Assembly: GCF_009914755.1 (NCBI RefSeq)
Contig: NC_060929.1
DNA from: the human T2T-CHM13v2.0 reference genome, Homo sapiens
Direction: 5' to 3' (one strand)
Length of the DNA: 64,000 nucleotides
The notes below the pieces were generated by a model. That model saw only the letters and a program-made list of their open reading frames with translations. It made no database searches and was not told where the DNA came from. The translations under genes were made by a program, and so were the position numbers. Positions 1 through 24,373 of the stretch are shown here, in pieces. Each line of letters begins with the position of its first letter. Within the stretch, counting starts at the first letter, position 1.

Positions 1-2915
<2,915 letters not shown>

Positions 2916-3059
2916 TCCCAACTGGATTTTAAGTTCCTTGAGGCAGAGATACTGTATTTAATTTATTTGTATTTCTCATAATACTATGGAAGATTTTCTT
3001 ACATAGGGTAGGCACAAGTTTAATAAATGAATGGATAAAAGGATAAATAATAACAATCT

Positions 3060-3218
3060 AGTCTGAGCATGGTGGCTCATACCTGTAATCCCAGCACTTT
3101 GGGAGGCTGGATGGGAGGATCACCTGAAGCCAGGAGTTGAGAGGCTGCAGTGAGCTCTGATTATACTACTGCACTCCAGCCTGGGCAACAGAGCAAGACC
3201 CCATCCCTTAAAAAAAAG
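3060..3218 (+). mobile_element. Alu monomer (FLAM/FRAM-like)
   Basis: Single Alu-arm sequence with A-tail. Confidence 0.8.
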
Positions 3219-3877
3219 GCAATCCAAAATACTCTGGCTCCTAAAATATGGGCCAGCTTGGCCATGGATTTGGTGGCCATCCGGTAGTCAGACCCCACAT
3301 TACAATAGCCTAATGAAACCAACAAATCTTAGAGCTCGAAAGGACTATACAGCTCTGGGTCACTGAGCCCAAACCTCTCATTTTACAAATAAGGAAATAG
3401 ATACACAGTGCTTAATTGATATTTGTTAGTGACAAATATAGTGCTAGGTCACCCTGTTCCCAGGCTAGTAATCTTTCCATTACATTGTGCTTACTTATCT
3501 TGGCTCTTGGTTCCAACCCAGGCTCCTCCATCCCAGAATAGCTCCAGGCTCCCCACATTAGTGCTCCAATATTTGTGGCCTAGGCCTACTTGAGATCTAG
3601 GCAACCATTCTGACTTTGAACTACCAGCAAAGGCCAGCAAGTACAAGGGGCTTGTGTAAGCATTGCGGTCATTTGGGAAGGAAATATGGGGATCTAGCAG
3701 GAGTTACAGTTTTAGGGCAGACTTGAACAAGATGGCAGCAGAGAGGTAGGTGCAAGGCAGAACTGCCTTCCCGTTTATCAAGTTCAGATCATCTCAGAGA
3801 GGCTCCCTAGGGGCAGTTGCCTATATTTCAGCCCTGATTCAGATCCTATTGTACTTGGTAGGTTTTAGGATTGCTCT

Positions 3878-4189
3878 GATGGTCAATTGTATGTGTCAAC
3901 TGGGTGAAACACCAGTCTAGATGTTGCTGTGAAGGTATTTTGGATGTGATTAACATTTAAATCAGTAGACTTTGAGTAAAGCAGATTACCCTCCATAGTG
4001 TGAGTGGGCCTCATCCAATCAGTTGACAGCCTTAAGAAAAAAGACTGAGATCCCTCAAGGAACAGATAATTTTGCCTGCAAGCAGCCTTGGACTTGAGCT
4101 GTAGCATCGACTCTTCCCTGGGTCTCCAGTCTGCTGGTCTGACCTGCAAATGTTGGACTTGCCAGCACCCACAATCTCTCTCTCTCTCT

Positions 4190-4267
<78 letters not shown>

Positions 4268-4312
4268 TATCCTGTTGCTTCTCTTTATTTTTTGGAGAAT
4301 CCTAACTAACAA
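3878..4312 (+). mobile_element. MLT2-type ERVL LTR
   Basis: TGATGGTCAATT.TATGTGTCAACT start, GCAGATTACCCTCCATA.TGTG.GTGGGCCTCATCCAATCAGTTGA core, GAGAATCCTAACTAAC end. Confidence 0.8.
4175..4264. repeat. Compound microsatellite (TC)n(CA)n
   Basis: Directly visible; the long CA run has one CGCG interruption. Confidence 0.97.
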
Positions 4313-6059
4313 AACTACCCTGAAGTCTAAAGATGTATGGCCATTGTACTCCTTATCAGTTGTTAGGGTAGATATTTACAACTGGTGGGGATGACTTTGC
4401 CCTCAGACTCTGTCTTACAGGGGACAAACAGGAAGCATGGAAAGAAATACAGTGCACCTTGACAGCACAGTTTAAACAGCACCTGGAATCTTCAACATCC
4501 TGCCCTTAAGGAACCTGTTTTAAAGCGGAGTTTTCTTTCCCCATTGTAACTTTATGTCTATTCTATTCATCCTTCTGCTGTGGTTTACTTTTCTCACTCT
4601 TATGGGGAAACTGCAAAACAGCTGCCTCCCCAACACCCCAGACTTCTTCACAGGGAGACAGTCAAGGAAATGTTGACATGCCTTGGGAATTAATGGTCCA
4701 TCTCTGTTCTTTCCCAGAGCTAATCACTGAACCAGCTGTACAGGAGGTATCAGGAGAGGTGCTTTAAGGATGCTCAGAGACCTGGCTTGAAGCAATGAAA
4801 AATTGATGTTGCTGAGAGGAGAGAACTGCAGAGCAGCAACTGCAGGCAGAACTAGCATGGGTGGGGATGGGGGCTGGAGGAAGGGGAGAAGGTGGGGATG
4901 GCAGGCCTGGGCCTCCTTATAAATAGCAACTTGATTACCTTGACAGCCATAAGATAGGACATAGGGGCTGCAGAGAGGGGTGGTCCTGACAGGCAGTTTC
5001 TCTCCATGCAATGTACAATGTGCACCACATTGCACTTCCTCTTTGGTGTCAGAGGTAGTTAAAGGCCTATTATCTATGTGACTACCATGGACACCAGATG
5101 CATAAGAAATGATGCTAATCACTTCCCCACCTTGTTGTGAGCATCCATGGAGAGGATGTTGTGTTGAAACACTTGAAGCTGCACCAACGTCCATTTTACT
5201 ATTATCTTTGGTTCCTAGAAAAAACTAACTCCTTTTTTTCTCTATAAATTACCCAGCCTTAGGTATTCTGTTATAGCAACACTAAACAGACTAAGTATCA
5301 AAGTCTAAACAGGAATTTTTTTCTTATTATGATTAAAAACCATATAACTTCTCTTGATAAGGCTGTCCCAGAGAAAAAAGAAAACAGTCTGAAAACACAG
5401 GAGAAAAAATGAATCCAGGGTTATTTTATAATTACATTTTAAGCTCATGCTCTCTACAAGGGTTGGGAAGAGGGGCCAGTTTGTATTACTACATACAATA
5501 AATGTATATGTATATTGTATATATTATTATATACAATAAAATTATATATAGTATATATATAACTTCATATATAAAAAATATATAATTTCATTTATAGAGC
5601 ACACATATATATGAACTTTTTAGGTACGTGTAAAGTTCAACACTTTAAAACAATTGTCACCTATCTAATGATCTCCATTGAGATTCCCTGAATTGCAGAG
5701 TTAAAAAGATGTAGCTGTTGGTATCATTTTCAGATAAGAAGGGTAGGACGAGGGAGCATCTGCAGGTGAGTTTTTGTGGATGGAGAGGTATAAGGTGTTT
5801 TGGAAGTCTCTGTGAGGGGCACAGTGAGCTCCCTGTGTCTCCCCTCCTCCACTAATTTAGGGCTTCCATATAATATATAAAAATCCATTTGTAATCTATT
5901 TTTGGTTATTATTCTAGGGTAACAGGAATGATGAGTTACTGTTCTGTGACATGTCATTTTGAAGAATACTATTGCCTTTCTTCTCATTCAGAGTTAACAG
6001 GAATTCTATGATGGGAAAGTTACTTTGATGAACTCAGCTGAAGCACTGATAACTCCCCA

Positions 6060-6282
6060 GAGCTGTGGTTCTCAGTCAGGGACTATTTCTGTTTCCAGGG
6101 AACATTTGGCAATATATTGGGACATTTTTTTGGTTGTCACAGTTAGGGCAGAGATATCACTGACATACAGTGGGTTGAGGCCAAGAGTGTTGCCAAACAT
6201 ACTACAATGCAAAGCAGAGTCCCCACTGCCAAAGACTTATCTGACCCCAAATGTAATGTTGTCAGGGTCGATGAACCCTGCA
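6060..6282. mobile_element. MER20 DNA transposon
   Basis: GTGGTTCTCA...GGAACATTTGGCAAT...TTGGTTGTCACA...GAGGCCA pattern. Confidence 0.7.
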
Positions 6283-6499
6283 CAAGAGCAAATCATCAGT
6301 CTTTCAAACCGGCCCCTCTTCCCAACCCTTGTAGGGAACATGAGCTTAAAGGTTAACTTTCAAACATTCCTGGATTCATTTTTTCTCCTGCATTTTCAGA
6401 TTGTTTTCTTTTTTTCTCTGGGACAGTCTCATCAGGAGAAGTTACATGTTTTCTAGTCATAATAAGAAAAAGCATTCCTGTTTAGACTTTGATGGTTAG

Positions 6500-7335
6500 T
6501 CCATTTAGTGTTGCCATAACAGAACGCTTAAGGCTGGGTAATTTGTAGAGAAAAAAAGGTTTACTTGGTTCATGATTCTGATGGCTGGAAAGTCCAAGAT
6601 TGGACATCTGCATCTGGTAAGGGCCTCAGGCTGCCTCCACTCATGGTGGAAGGCAAAGGGGAGCAGGTGTTTGCAAAGATCACATGGTGAGAGAGGAAGC
6701 AATGGAGAGAAGGTGATATGGTTTGGATGTGTATTCCTGCCCAAATCTCATATTGATACATAATCCCCAGTGTTGGAGGTGGGGCCTGGTGGGAGGTGAT
6801 TGGATTATGACATGGCTTTCTCATGAATGATTTAGTACCATCCCCCTAGGTACCGTCCTTGTGATAGTGAGTGAACTCTCATGAGATCTGGGCATTTAAA
6901 AGTGTGTAGCACCTTCCCTACTCTCTCTCTCCTGCTCTGCCTTTCACCTTCTGCCATGATTGTAAGTTTCCTGAAGCCTCCACAGAAGCCAAGCAGATCC
7001 CAGCACCATGCTTCCTGTACAGCCTGCAGAACCATGAGCCAATTAAACCTCTTTTCTTTATAAATTACCCAGTCTCAGGTATTTTTTTATAGCAATGTGA
7101 GAATGGACTAATACAGGGTGGGAGGTGCCAGGTTCTTTTTAACAACTGGCTGTCTCCCAAGAAGTAATAGAGCTAGAGTGTAACTCACTCACCCTTGAGG
7201 GAGGGCATTAATCTGTTCATGATGGATTCACCCCCATGACCCAAATTCCTCCCACTAGGCCCGACACCACCATATTGGGGATCAAATTCAACGTAACTTT
7301 TGGGGGGAAGAAATAAGCCATATCTAAACCATAGC
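6500..7335. mobile_element. MST-type MaLR LTRs (one nested in another in opposite orientation)
   Basis: Inner TGATATGGTTTGG...GGACTAATACA (~6714-7115) interrupts an oppositely oriented MST-like LTR. Confidence 0.75.
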
Positions 7336-7592
7336 AGATACTTTTAATCCTTATTTCTTTTTCACCTTTTGCTTTGTTTTACCACCAAACTAGCAAAAGA
7401 GCCATGCACAGGCAGTCCACAGAATCCAGGTCACACAGGGGTATGAGCAGCAAGGCCTCCTGGGTGCCTCCTGTGTCCTCACAGAGATCTTCTTGAGGTC
7501 CCTGCAGGCCTGTTGCAGGGAGGAATCCCCTGGGGTGTGGCCTCCTTTTTAAGACACTTGAACTTTGATGACTTGAAAGTTAACCTAAAGAA

Positions 7593-8355
<763 letters not shown>

Positions 8356-8731
8356 TTAAAATGTCTTCAAGGGCTCATAATAGGAGGAAGATTGATAAAT
8401 TATACCGCTTAAAATGTCTTTCTTCACATTGTTCAGGGTTTGGTAAACTCCTCAAGACCTCAAGGCCTTGCTTATCTATAAGCTATCCAGAGCTGGGGAC
8501 TGGGGTGAGAGAAAGTGAGGTGTCTGTTGTGTAAAATTTAAGAAGTAAGGAGGCACTTAGGGTGATGCAAGTCCAGGGTCAGTGTGGGCACCAGGCACCT
8601 CTCTTGCTTCATCTGAGTACTGATTTTGAGGCTCTCCAAACTTTAAGAGGAGCCAGAGCCGCCTTCTATCACTGGAAAGGACACAGGAGGGTACAAAAGG
8701 CTTGGAAGACATTCCCAGGGCCATGAGTAAT

Positions 8732-9093
<362 letters not shown>

Positions 9094-9388
9094 TAGCTTT
9101 GGAGATAAAACCTTACTGGGTCTCTCGGTCTCAAAGTTTCCCCTCAGCTCTGACACAGCCTGTTTGTAGTTTAGGGTTATTTTACTTATTCCCCATGATG
9201 TCTGTGTTATCTTTCCATTTCCAGATTGTTTATACTCTTCTTTCAGGCTCTCCAAGTAGTATTTCTCTTTTGGCCTTCTGAATCTTATGTTTCTCAGTTT
9301 GCTTGCTCCTTTTTCAAGGCAATTGCCAATGTGGTCATCCTTTTTTTTTTTTTTTTTCCTTGCACTTAATAATTTCTAACTTACTATT

Positions 9389-9880
9389 TGTGGTAGGTTG
9401 AATAATATGTCAATCAATGGTATCCATGTCCTAATCCCTGGAACCTCTTGATTTTATCCCTATAAAGCAAAATAATTTTTTTGCAGATAGGATTAAGTTA
9501 AGAATCTTGAGATGGAGAGTTTATTTTAAATTATCTGGATGAGCCCTAAGTGTAATCACAAGTGTCCTTATAAAAAGGAGGAAGAGGGAGATTTCATTAT
9601 GAAAGTAGGAGATGGGACACAGAAGCAAGAGCTTGGAATGATTCAAGAAAGGGGCCATGAACCAAGGAATGCAGGCAGCCTCCAGAAGTTAAAAAAAGGC
9701 AAGGAAACGGATTCTTTTCTAGAGCCTCTAGAAGAAACCAGCCCTGCCAACACCTTGACTTTAGCCCAGTGAAACTGATTTTGGACTTCTGAACTCTGGA
9801 AATGTAAAACCCTAAATTATTGTTATTTACAGCTACTGAGTTTGTGGTAATATGCTACACCAACAATAGGAAACTAATAT
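9389..9880 (+). mobile_element. MLT1C/D-type MaLR LTR
   Basis: TGTGGTAGGTTGAATAAT...CTAATCCCTGGAACC...GGAAACTAATA pattern. Confidence 0.78.
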
Positions 9881-11360
9881 AATATCTTTATGTCACAGTA
9901 AGTAGTGCAAACACATTTCTACACTATATACTCCATGAAGGAGGCAGCATCACCTGGAGTTAACAGTACTGGCTCTGGAGCAGTCAAACCTGGGTGTAAA
10001 TCCTGGCTGATCCCTGTAGTAGACATTTGTCCGTCTCTGTCTACCCAGGCTTTTGAACTTTCTTCCTGTATGAGGCAGAATGTGTTAGTTGCCTTCCTAC
10101 TGTTCACTCCTCATTTTCCATTACTAACAGCATCCTAATTTGTACAGAGTGATAAATTTCACCATCTTAGGAATAATCAAATTTTAGTCTGGGCACCGTG
10201 GCTCATGCCACGTAGCTTAAACTCCAGCACTTTGGGAGGTCAAGGCGGGAGGATCGCTTGAGCCCAGGAGTTCAAGACCAGCCTCGGCAATGTAGTGAGA
10301 CCCCATCTCAAAAAAAAAAATCCTGTTTTTAAAAATAAAAAAATAAAAAAAATATTTTACAGTCTTCCTTGAAATCACAAGCAGCCACTGAAATAGTTCT
10401 TGTCAAGTGTTCATTTCTGGGAGAGACTTCAGAGGGGGCCTAAAAAGGGGTTAATTTGACTGGCATGCACCTTTGTCCTTTGACTTATCCTTCCTTCACA
10501 GAATGCCACACGCTAAGGATGGTGGTGTGGAAAGGAAGATATATCTTGGGTCGCTAACGGAATTGTGAGGATGACCTTCTAACTCTGGACTGTATCCTCA
10601 GACTTCTTGCTTTGTGAAAAGAATAAGGGCCTAGTTTGGTTAAGCCACTGGTTTTTGTGTTCTCTGTTATGTTAACCTTATAATTCATTATTTGTTTCAC
10701 TCTAGTGGAATTTCTATTTTTGATTCTAGTATTCTAGTACATTGTACATGTATCTGTCAACAGATTCTAAACTCCCTGAAGGAGACAAATTACCAGTGGA
10801 CAAGAACACAGCCTCTGGAGTCCAATAGGCCTGGTGTATTCATTAGGGTAAGTGGTGCTAGGTGCTATAACAGATAAACCTCAAATTATTTGTGACTTCA
10901 CACAATATAACCTTATTTCTTCACTCATATGAAGTCGTTTTTAGTACACATTGCCATTTATGGACATAGGCTCTTACCTTCTCATGATTCTTTGCTGCTT
11001 AATCTGGCTAGAGTGGTTTCCTGATGTACACAGTGACAAACTCAGAGAGACACAGCTACTTACTAGATTGAGCTATAAGAAACTGATGACATATGAACAT
11101 AAATACTGTCTACAAAATGGCAGTTTCACATGATTAAACCTAACTTCACATGTGATTTTGAGCAAGGGACTCTCTAAATCCATTTCTTTAGCTATAAAAT
11201 GGGGTACCAATACTCATTCCCTCCAAGGAGATTATAAAGATCAAATAAGAGGATGTATGCAAAGAACTTCGCATACAGGCTGACACAGAGTCAGTAACTC
11301 AAACAGGTTAGGTATGATTTACCCAATGCCTAGCACAGACTCTCTGGCACATACTAGCTA

Positions 11361-12194
<834 letters not shown>

Positions 12195-13224
12195 AGAAAC
12201 CTCATACCCATTAGCAGTCACTTTACCTTTCGAATGAATCATCTTTGTTTCAAAATGGCTGGCATAGTACCTTGCTCTTCGAATTCGCTCTGTATTTATT
12301 GATTCTATTGGCATCTCCTGTAGAGTTGACAAAACATTTCTTGTTTATTCAACAACAATGGATAGTATGTCATTTAATTTGTCATTTAATATGTATGTGT
12401 GTGTATGTGTGCACACACACACAGCCCCCCCACATTTATGCTCAGGGAATCAGATTCTCCCACACCAAAATAATAAAATGACAAAAATAATAATAACAAT
12501 AATATTGTTGATAACAATCCTGGTTGTGCATTTTAAAATGACAGAAGGAGGCTATTGTGATATGATGCCATGGGCTTTCCACCTCTGAGAGAATTCACAA
12601 AGGAGGCTGGAAAGAAGCGCTCCAGTTTCTACATTCTCACGTGCAATCACCTTCTTTCTCTCCTTGTTGGCAGTCACTGCAGCTCAGCTTGCTGAAAGAG
12701 AAGAAACTGAGCCAGTGTCTAAGAGGGTGCCTCAAAAGTTCCTCGACTGTATTAATCTTTTGATTTTAGAACTTTTATAAATAGCACTACTTTGAACACA
12801 CGCAAAGAAGGGCAAGTCAAAGTGAAAATAGCCCAGTTCTTCTTCTTAGCTAAGAATGCCTCCTTTCTATACCTATGAGATTGGACAGGATGCATCACTG
12901 GGGGACTTTGCTTGATTCTGTTCAGAGTCGCAGCTGTAAAAGCAGGTGCATTTTTTTTTTTTGCCATTTGACATTCTTAAAGAAAAGTCATCCTGGAAAA
13001 CAACCCAATTTAGTATTTGCATTACTCTGCATGGTTGATGGTTTCAAAAGATTAATGTTTATTTTGGGAACGGTTCATCGTTTTTATCTTTGAAACAGTC
13101 AACTTCTCTTTTACACCTGCTGTGGCTACGAGAGCACTGTGCTGGCTTGGGTCCTTCATTAAAAGTGTGAGCCGCTGTCAAGAAGGAGAAAGAAATACTG
13201 TGCACTTCACTGAAATATATTACC

Positions 13225-14109
<885 letters not shown>

Positions 14110-14569
14110 AAAAAGTTTTTTAAAAAGGTCTGGGGTGGGCCAGCCAACTGGTTACACAGTTGTCTGGGATCCCATGGAATATTTAACCTGACCTCTGATG
14201 GGAACAGGAAACTGAGACCCAGGGAGGTAAAATGACTTGCCCTTGCCCTGTTATGGTCAATATCACTGTAGGTCTCTGGACCCAGCTCTTTAGCAACCTT
14301 TCCATGCCTCTATGCAGCTCCCCATGTATCAGTTCTCTGAGAGAATGCAGCTTGGGCATCTGTAACTCTTAGGTTGAATTCAGGCAGTTTACCACTTCTC
14401 CTTGGCTCATAATGTCTAGGACAGCCTTGAATAGGTTCAGAAATCATGTGGCAACAAAATCCCCCCTTGATATCATGGTATATGGGTTATGTTTGGTATT
14501 TGCAAAGCAAACAACTGGGATCAAATTCCAGCACTGCTACTTAGCCGCTGTGTGACACTGGTATCTTTG

Positions 14570-15290
<721 letters not shown>

Positions 15291-15959
15291 CAGGTAACTC
15301 CCTTCACCAATCTGAGTACAGTTTCTTCCTTTCTATAATGGAATAAAACACCTCTCTCCCAGGCTTAATGTGAATACAATGAGATGACATGCATAAGTGC
15401 CCGGAATATAGGAGGTGCTCTGAAGATGCTGCCAACTCCCCCTTAGATTTCTTTGTTCCTAAAGTCAAGCTCAGTGATCACACATAGTAGATAAGTTTGG
15501 CAGTTGATTGATTTTCTAAATCAGAAGTGTTAATGCCCAGTGGACTTTGCACCAAAGGACCCAGAGATCTGGCTATGCATTCTCTAAGTGTCTTTTCACA
15601 AGGCAAGACTCTCCCAGTCCCTCTTGGAGAATCACTTTTGAGACACATTTACTAGTTCTACCTGCTTTCTCCTTAAATCACCATGGATAGCAGCATCCTT
15701 TCTGCACATCTCGGGTTCTGCTTGGATTTAGCATTAACTCCTTGATAACATGTTATGAGGACAAAATCTCTGCTTTCTGTGTGGAATTGACACAAAGATA
15801 TTTACACTATTGAATTAAGGCTTCTAATTTGGCTTTATAGGTGAGCTCCTAGTCAGAATACTGAAGAATTAATAAAAATTACATAAATGACCTAAAGAAA
15901 TGTGAATTCATATAGATTGTTTAAAATGGGCAAGTTTTATTAGAAAACTATCCTATTTA

Positions 15960-16300
<341 letters not shown>

Positions 16301-17809
16301 GAAAAACAAAACAAAACAAAAAACCACCAACCAACCAACCAAACCAAAGCAAACAAAACAAAAAATAGAAGACAGAAAAAAGAAAACTATCCTCCAGAAT
16401 AACAGTTCGAATTCATAGAGGAAATATCTCATTTGAAAAAAAAGCTCCAGGTCTTTAGAGAAAATAAATTACTAACCTGATAACATATTTCAGCAGAATC
16501 TAATGTGGTAGATGTCTCTAGAAGTTTCTTTAAAGGAAAATTTAGAGCAAGGGCTAAAACAAGAAAGAGCAGAAAACTAAACCAGCAGGGCATAAGAAAG
16601 CAGAATTGTTGAGGAATTTGCTTAACAATTATAACAGTTGAAGTTCTTTTAGCGAATAAATTAAAAACTCGTTGGAGAGAAATTATTTACCGATTTCTTT
16701 ACCTTGCTACTTTCTTCTGTGTGTAGATCCCAGTTTTTCTTGTTGGATGCTATGTCCCGGATGGACTTAGTCAGATATACTTCTGCAAGAGTTTCCATTT
16801 TCAGTATTGTCCTATTCAGGGATATAAAGTCAACTATGTCCTAGGTTCTGCCATGATAGAATACACTATTTAACTATTGAAGTCTAGGGCTTGATAATCT
16901 AGCAGAAGTCACCGAGGAACAAGAATGTCCATATAAGGGGTTACTAAAAAGCAGACCTTTTAAAAAACTGAGATACCAGAATCAATACACCTGTCTTGGT
17001 TTGTTAATCATAGTTAAAATTTTGAAACCAAAAGCAACAAGCTGATCTTTCAAACAAGAAATACATTAACTGAAGACACAATGATGTGAAAAGACCACTG
17101 TGAAGTACCAGTGGTATGAAAAACTCAGGATGTGATTGAGTAGCATTGTAATCTTGACCCCGGGCTGCTAGTTTCTCTGACAGTTCAGAGGTGAAGAGTC
17201 TGCATAACTATGCTAAACTGTAGTACTCTGAAGGTATTGCCAAATTAAATAATTTGGGTTTCTCAGTGCAGGTATCACTCTCTCCTGTGATCTCTGGCTA
17301 AGCAGGGCTGTTGGCAGATCAAGTTCTTGTTTCAGTCGAGACCATGATGGTATCTGATTGTCTATTCAGTCACTATACGTAACCCATTGGCTAATACATC
17401 TCATGCTATGCTTCCTGCGAGGGGTGTGATGGTCAACCAGCCAGCCTAGTGCTGGGCCCCAGCTAAGAGGTAGATACTTGGATTGGATTTTTCAAATTCT
17501 TTTTATTGACTATCACAAGCATAGCAACATAGTATGCATGTTAAGTATTGAGCACTCCAGAAAATTTAACACTTAAATAGACTGTCTTTGTAACAGGTAA
17601 CACATAACATGTGAAACCAGAACACATAAATGAACTATCCTCCATAGTAGTCTTCTTGGGACATTACATATTTGTTCAAACAGTGATCCCACATTTGCAC
17701 TCAACATTTTTTCTTTTTTGTATTTGTTACCAGGGCCAATTAGTAATCCATAAAAGGATATCATTTTTATAAATTTCTTAATTACTCATATTACTGATCA
17801 TGGAACTTA

Positions 17810-18075
17810 GAAACCTTTTTGCTCTTTACAAATAGAAATTAACTGCAAAAGCTAAAGATTTCTTGTTGCTGGGAGCCTGTAAAAGACTATGCCTCAAGCT
17901 CTGACAGCCATTCTCAAAGAGGAATTCTAAAAGTTAACTTTGACCAATGTCAGAGTCATTACAATGTTTTTGCAGCCTCCAAGAAGACGACTTTTGAAGG
18001 AGAAAACACTCATTTGAATGTAAGTTACAGCATATTTACTAGAAAGTAATTACACTATTTTATAGCACATTAAAT
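17810..18075 (+). mobile_element. Ancient mariner-like (MARNA-type) remnant
   Basis: CCATTCTCAAAGAGGAATTC...GACTTTTGAAGGAGAAAACACTCATTTG resembles the mariner transposase 3' end (..FEG..). Confidence 0.5.
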
Positions 18076-18824
18076 AAGTCAGGTATAGCTAGCAGGAGGA
18101 GTTGTGCTATTCACCTACTAAAGACGGTGTACATATATTTGCTATTACAAAATGCGTTCTTCTATAAAAGGTGACACTGCATTTCTAATGAAAGTTGGAT
18201 CTAAGAATAGCTCCAGTACCAAGTTCAGAAAAGTCACCCTAGGGGAGAAATGCTTAGCAGTTTGTATTTAAATAACTTCCTTAAATATATTGCTGTTACT
18301 CATTGCATATGACTTTACACGTAATTCATGTAATTCATATTTATTTATAATTACTTGAGTGAGAAGGAGTATTAAACTTTTGGAATTACATATTCTTAGC
18401 TTTTTTAATGTTGTACTATGAAAGTTCATTTTTGACGGTAGATAAAATACAAGGGTCTGTAGCAACTTGTTTGGTGGAAGAAAATTTTAGCGCATGGGTC
18501 ATAGCGCTGCTATGGGGAGCAAGTTCAGTCCTTCCTTTTCTCCTCTCATCCATATTAAATTGCCCACTTTGGTCTCCAGATGACCAGCATTACCACTATA
18601 ACTGCTGACAGAGGAATTTCACTCTGTTTGTTTTTGACTGCCATTGTTGGCTTTCTGATCTGGGATTATATCTCATTGAAGCCAAGCCTACATAACACCA
18701 GGTGAACACTGTTGCTGGTTTCTTCCTCTCTGTCTCTAGGCCTAACACTCCAGGGTTTAGCAGGGCAGGAAAGGAAGAAGGAAAATTATTTTTCCCAGCT
18801 TCTTCAAAGCCTGTGAAGCAAGGA

Positions 18825-19140
18825 TTTTTTTTTTTTAAGACAGAGTCTTGCTCTGTCACCCAGGCTGGAGTGCAGTGGTGTGATCTCAGCTCACAGCAAC
18901 TTCACCCTCTCTCAGCTCACAGCAACTTCACCCTCTGAGGTTCAGGGGATTCTCCTGCCTCAGCCTCCCAGATAGCTGGGATTACAGGCATGTGCCACCA
19001 CACCCAGCTAATTTTTGTATTTTTTAGTAGAGATGGGGTTTTGCCGTGTTGGCCAGGCTGGTCTTGAACTCCTGGCCTCAAGTGATCCACCTGCCTCAGC
19101 CTCCCAAAGTGCTGGGATTACAGGTGTGAGCCACCGAGCC
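18825..19140 (-). mobile_element. AluS with internal 26-bp duplication
   Basis: Antisense Alu dimer. Confidence 0.9.
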
Positions 19141-19264
19141 CCACCCACAAGGCTTTTTATGCCTTAACTTTTTCTCACATCACTGCATCTGATGGATATA
19201 ACTCACACCCTACAAAGAGTAGGTGCTCCCTGTGTCTCCTCTTGGGGAGAGTGTATATTGCCCC

Positions 19265-19615
19265 TGTCTTAGTCTGCTGTAATAGAAATAACATAGACTG
19301 GGTGGCTTAAACAACACTTATTTTATTCAATTGTGGAGGCTGAGAAGTCCAAGATCAAGGTGCCTGCATATCTGGTGAGGGCCCACTTTCTGGTTTGCAG
19401 ATGACTGCCTTCTTGTTGTATCTTTACATGGCAGAGAACAGAGACAGAATAATTAAGCTCTCTCTTGTCTCTTCTCATAACAGCATGAATCTATTTATGA
19501 GGGTTCCACCCTTATGACTAAGTATGCCCCAAAGTCCCCACCTATAATACCATCCCACTGGGATTAAGGGTTCAACATATGAATCTGGGGGAAAACACAA
19601 GCATTCAATCCATAA
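19265..19615 (-). mobile_element. MLT1A-type LTR
   Basis: TGTCTTAGTC...AGACTGGGTGGCTTAAACAACA...AAGTCCAAGATCAAGGTG pattern. Confidence 0.75.
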
Positions 19616-20289
19616 CAACCCTCTTACCTTGTACTGTCTCCCTTCCCAGTTCTTCAGACTCACTAAACTGGAGGATGCCCAGGTTTTTGTTTTATTTGTT
19701 TTCTCTTTTGCATGTATGATCCACATGGCCCCATCCTAGGTGTTCCTAAAACCTCTAGACATCCAGAGCCACCATATCTTTTAATATCCAAATTGAATGG
19801 TTGGTGCTACCATTCCATGTGCCGTGGGACCTCCAGAATTCTTAAGTTTTCCCAAAATAACCTGGAAGGAGTTATGTTCTCCTAGTCATTCACGCTGTGA
19901 TCTGCTTTCCTGCTTTAGCCTGGAGGTTAAACCAGAGGCGGCTGACCTCCCTAGGTGCCCACCACATCCCTGGCACATAAGCCTGTTCCTCTCCCTTTCT
20001 TTCTTGTTTCCTCTTCTTTGTATATTACTGGTATGTCTCTTGTGCTACAAACTCAGGCTCTCAGGAAATGTGACTTTCTTCATTTTCTTATGATTGTGTT
20101 TAATGATCACCATTTCACCTAGTGGTAAAAGCTTAATTGTGGCCAATTTCAGGTCAAACTCATAATTTCTCCCTTTCCCCCTTTCTCTCCTAAATTCTGG
20201 ACAGAGGTGGGGTAGGATTACATGGTGTCAGAGCACTAAGGGTAGTGGTAGAGTCTGGCCCATTTTCCCCATCTGTCCATGACAGCCGC

Positions 20290-20990
<701 letters not shown>

Positions 20991-21569
20991 TTGGCCTTTG
21001 CTTAACAGTTCATCTTGTCTGATTCTTGATCCTTCTCACTTCTTCACACTGGTATTTGTTGAGATGTCCTTTGTTACAGCACTCTATGCAAGTTGAGGGT
21101 GGTGAGATTTCCTCTTCCTCACTGCAAGTCCTCCCCAGGTCTGCTGGCTGTCACTGACACATCTGTGTCACTCTTGGCCAAAGAGAAAGACATTCCCCTG
21201 AATGCTGCAGTACCCTGGGGCATCTCTGAACTCGGTGAGGAAGCCTGAGGTCGGCCATCCTGACACACCACACAGATATCTCTACCCCAACTCTGTGGTG
21301 GAGGGAGGGGCGCTTGGGTTGCAGAGGAGCTCGGAGAGCTCGGCTGCCTGGAAAGCAAGGCACCAGTTTGCTTTGCTCTCTCAGATCCCTAAGCCCTCTG
21401 GGAATTTGATGCTTCCTTCCTTCCCCAGGGCTGGTGTGGGGACAGACAGCAGAACTACTTCTCTACTCCTTAGACACTGAAGAGGGGCCTCATCTCCTTT
21501 CTCTTCTGACTCCTCCCTTTCACAGTTGCAATAATCTCTACAGGCGAGTGGGGTGGGCTAAAAGGAACT

Positions 21570-23936
<2,367 letters not shown>

Positions 23937-24373
23937 ATGTCAGTGTTTATTTTCATGGCTTCTTTTATTTCATTATGATGGAGAGTTTCACAACAAACTA
24001 AGGGATTAGTTTGTATTTTTGTCAGCATTTAATCCTTTAAAAGTCAGGTAATTCTAGAAAGGGACGTGTGGGGGATGCTTTCACGTTTAGTGTTCAGACT
24101 TTGATTCCATCCGCTGTGTTCTTTGCGTCTCAACCCCATTACACATTCCCCTCCCAGCTTTAATGTTTGCAGGGAATATATAACTCTCTTCTCCTATAAG
24201 GGTGGGATGGGTGGGAACCACAGGTCTAACTGCTCCATATGTAGATCCAAACACTCCTCCCTTTCTGCAACCCACTGCCCTTCCTTAGCCTCTGTGGCAT
24301 CTCCGATGTGCAATTCTGAGCTTCGACAGGATTCCATCCTCTACTTTGTAAAATCCCATACCATTCCTCTACC

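Noticed and set aside
3883-4309. CVCVCV / HTHTHT ORFs
   Set aside because: Translation of the (CA)n microsatellite within an LTR.
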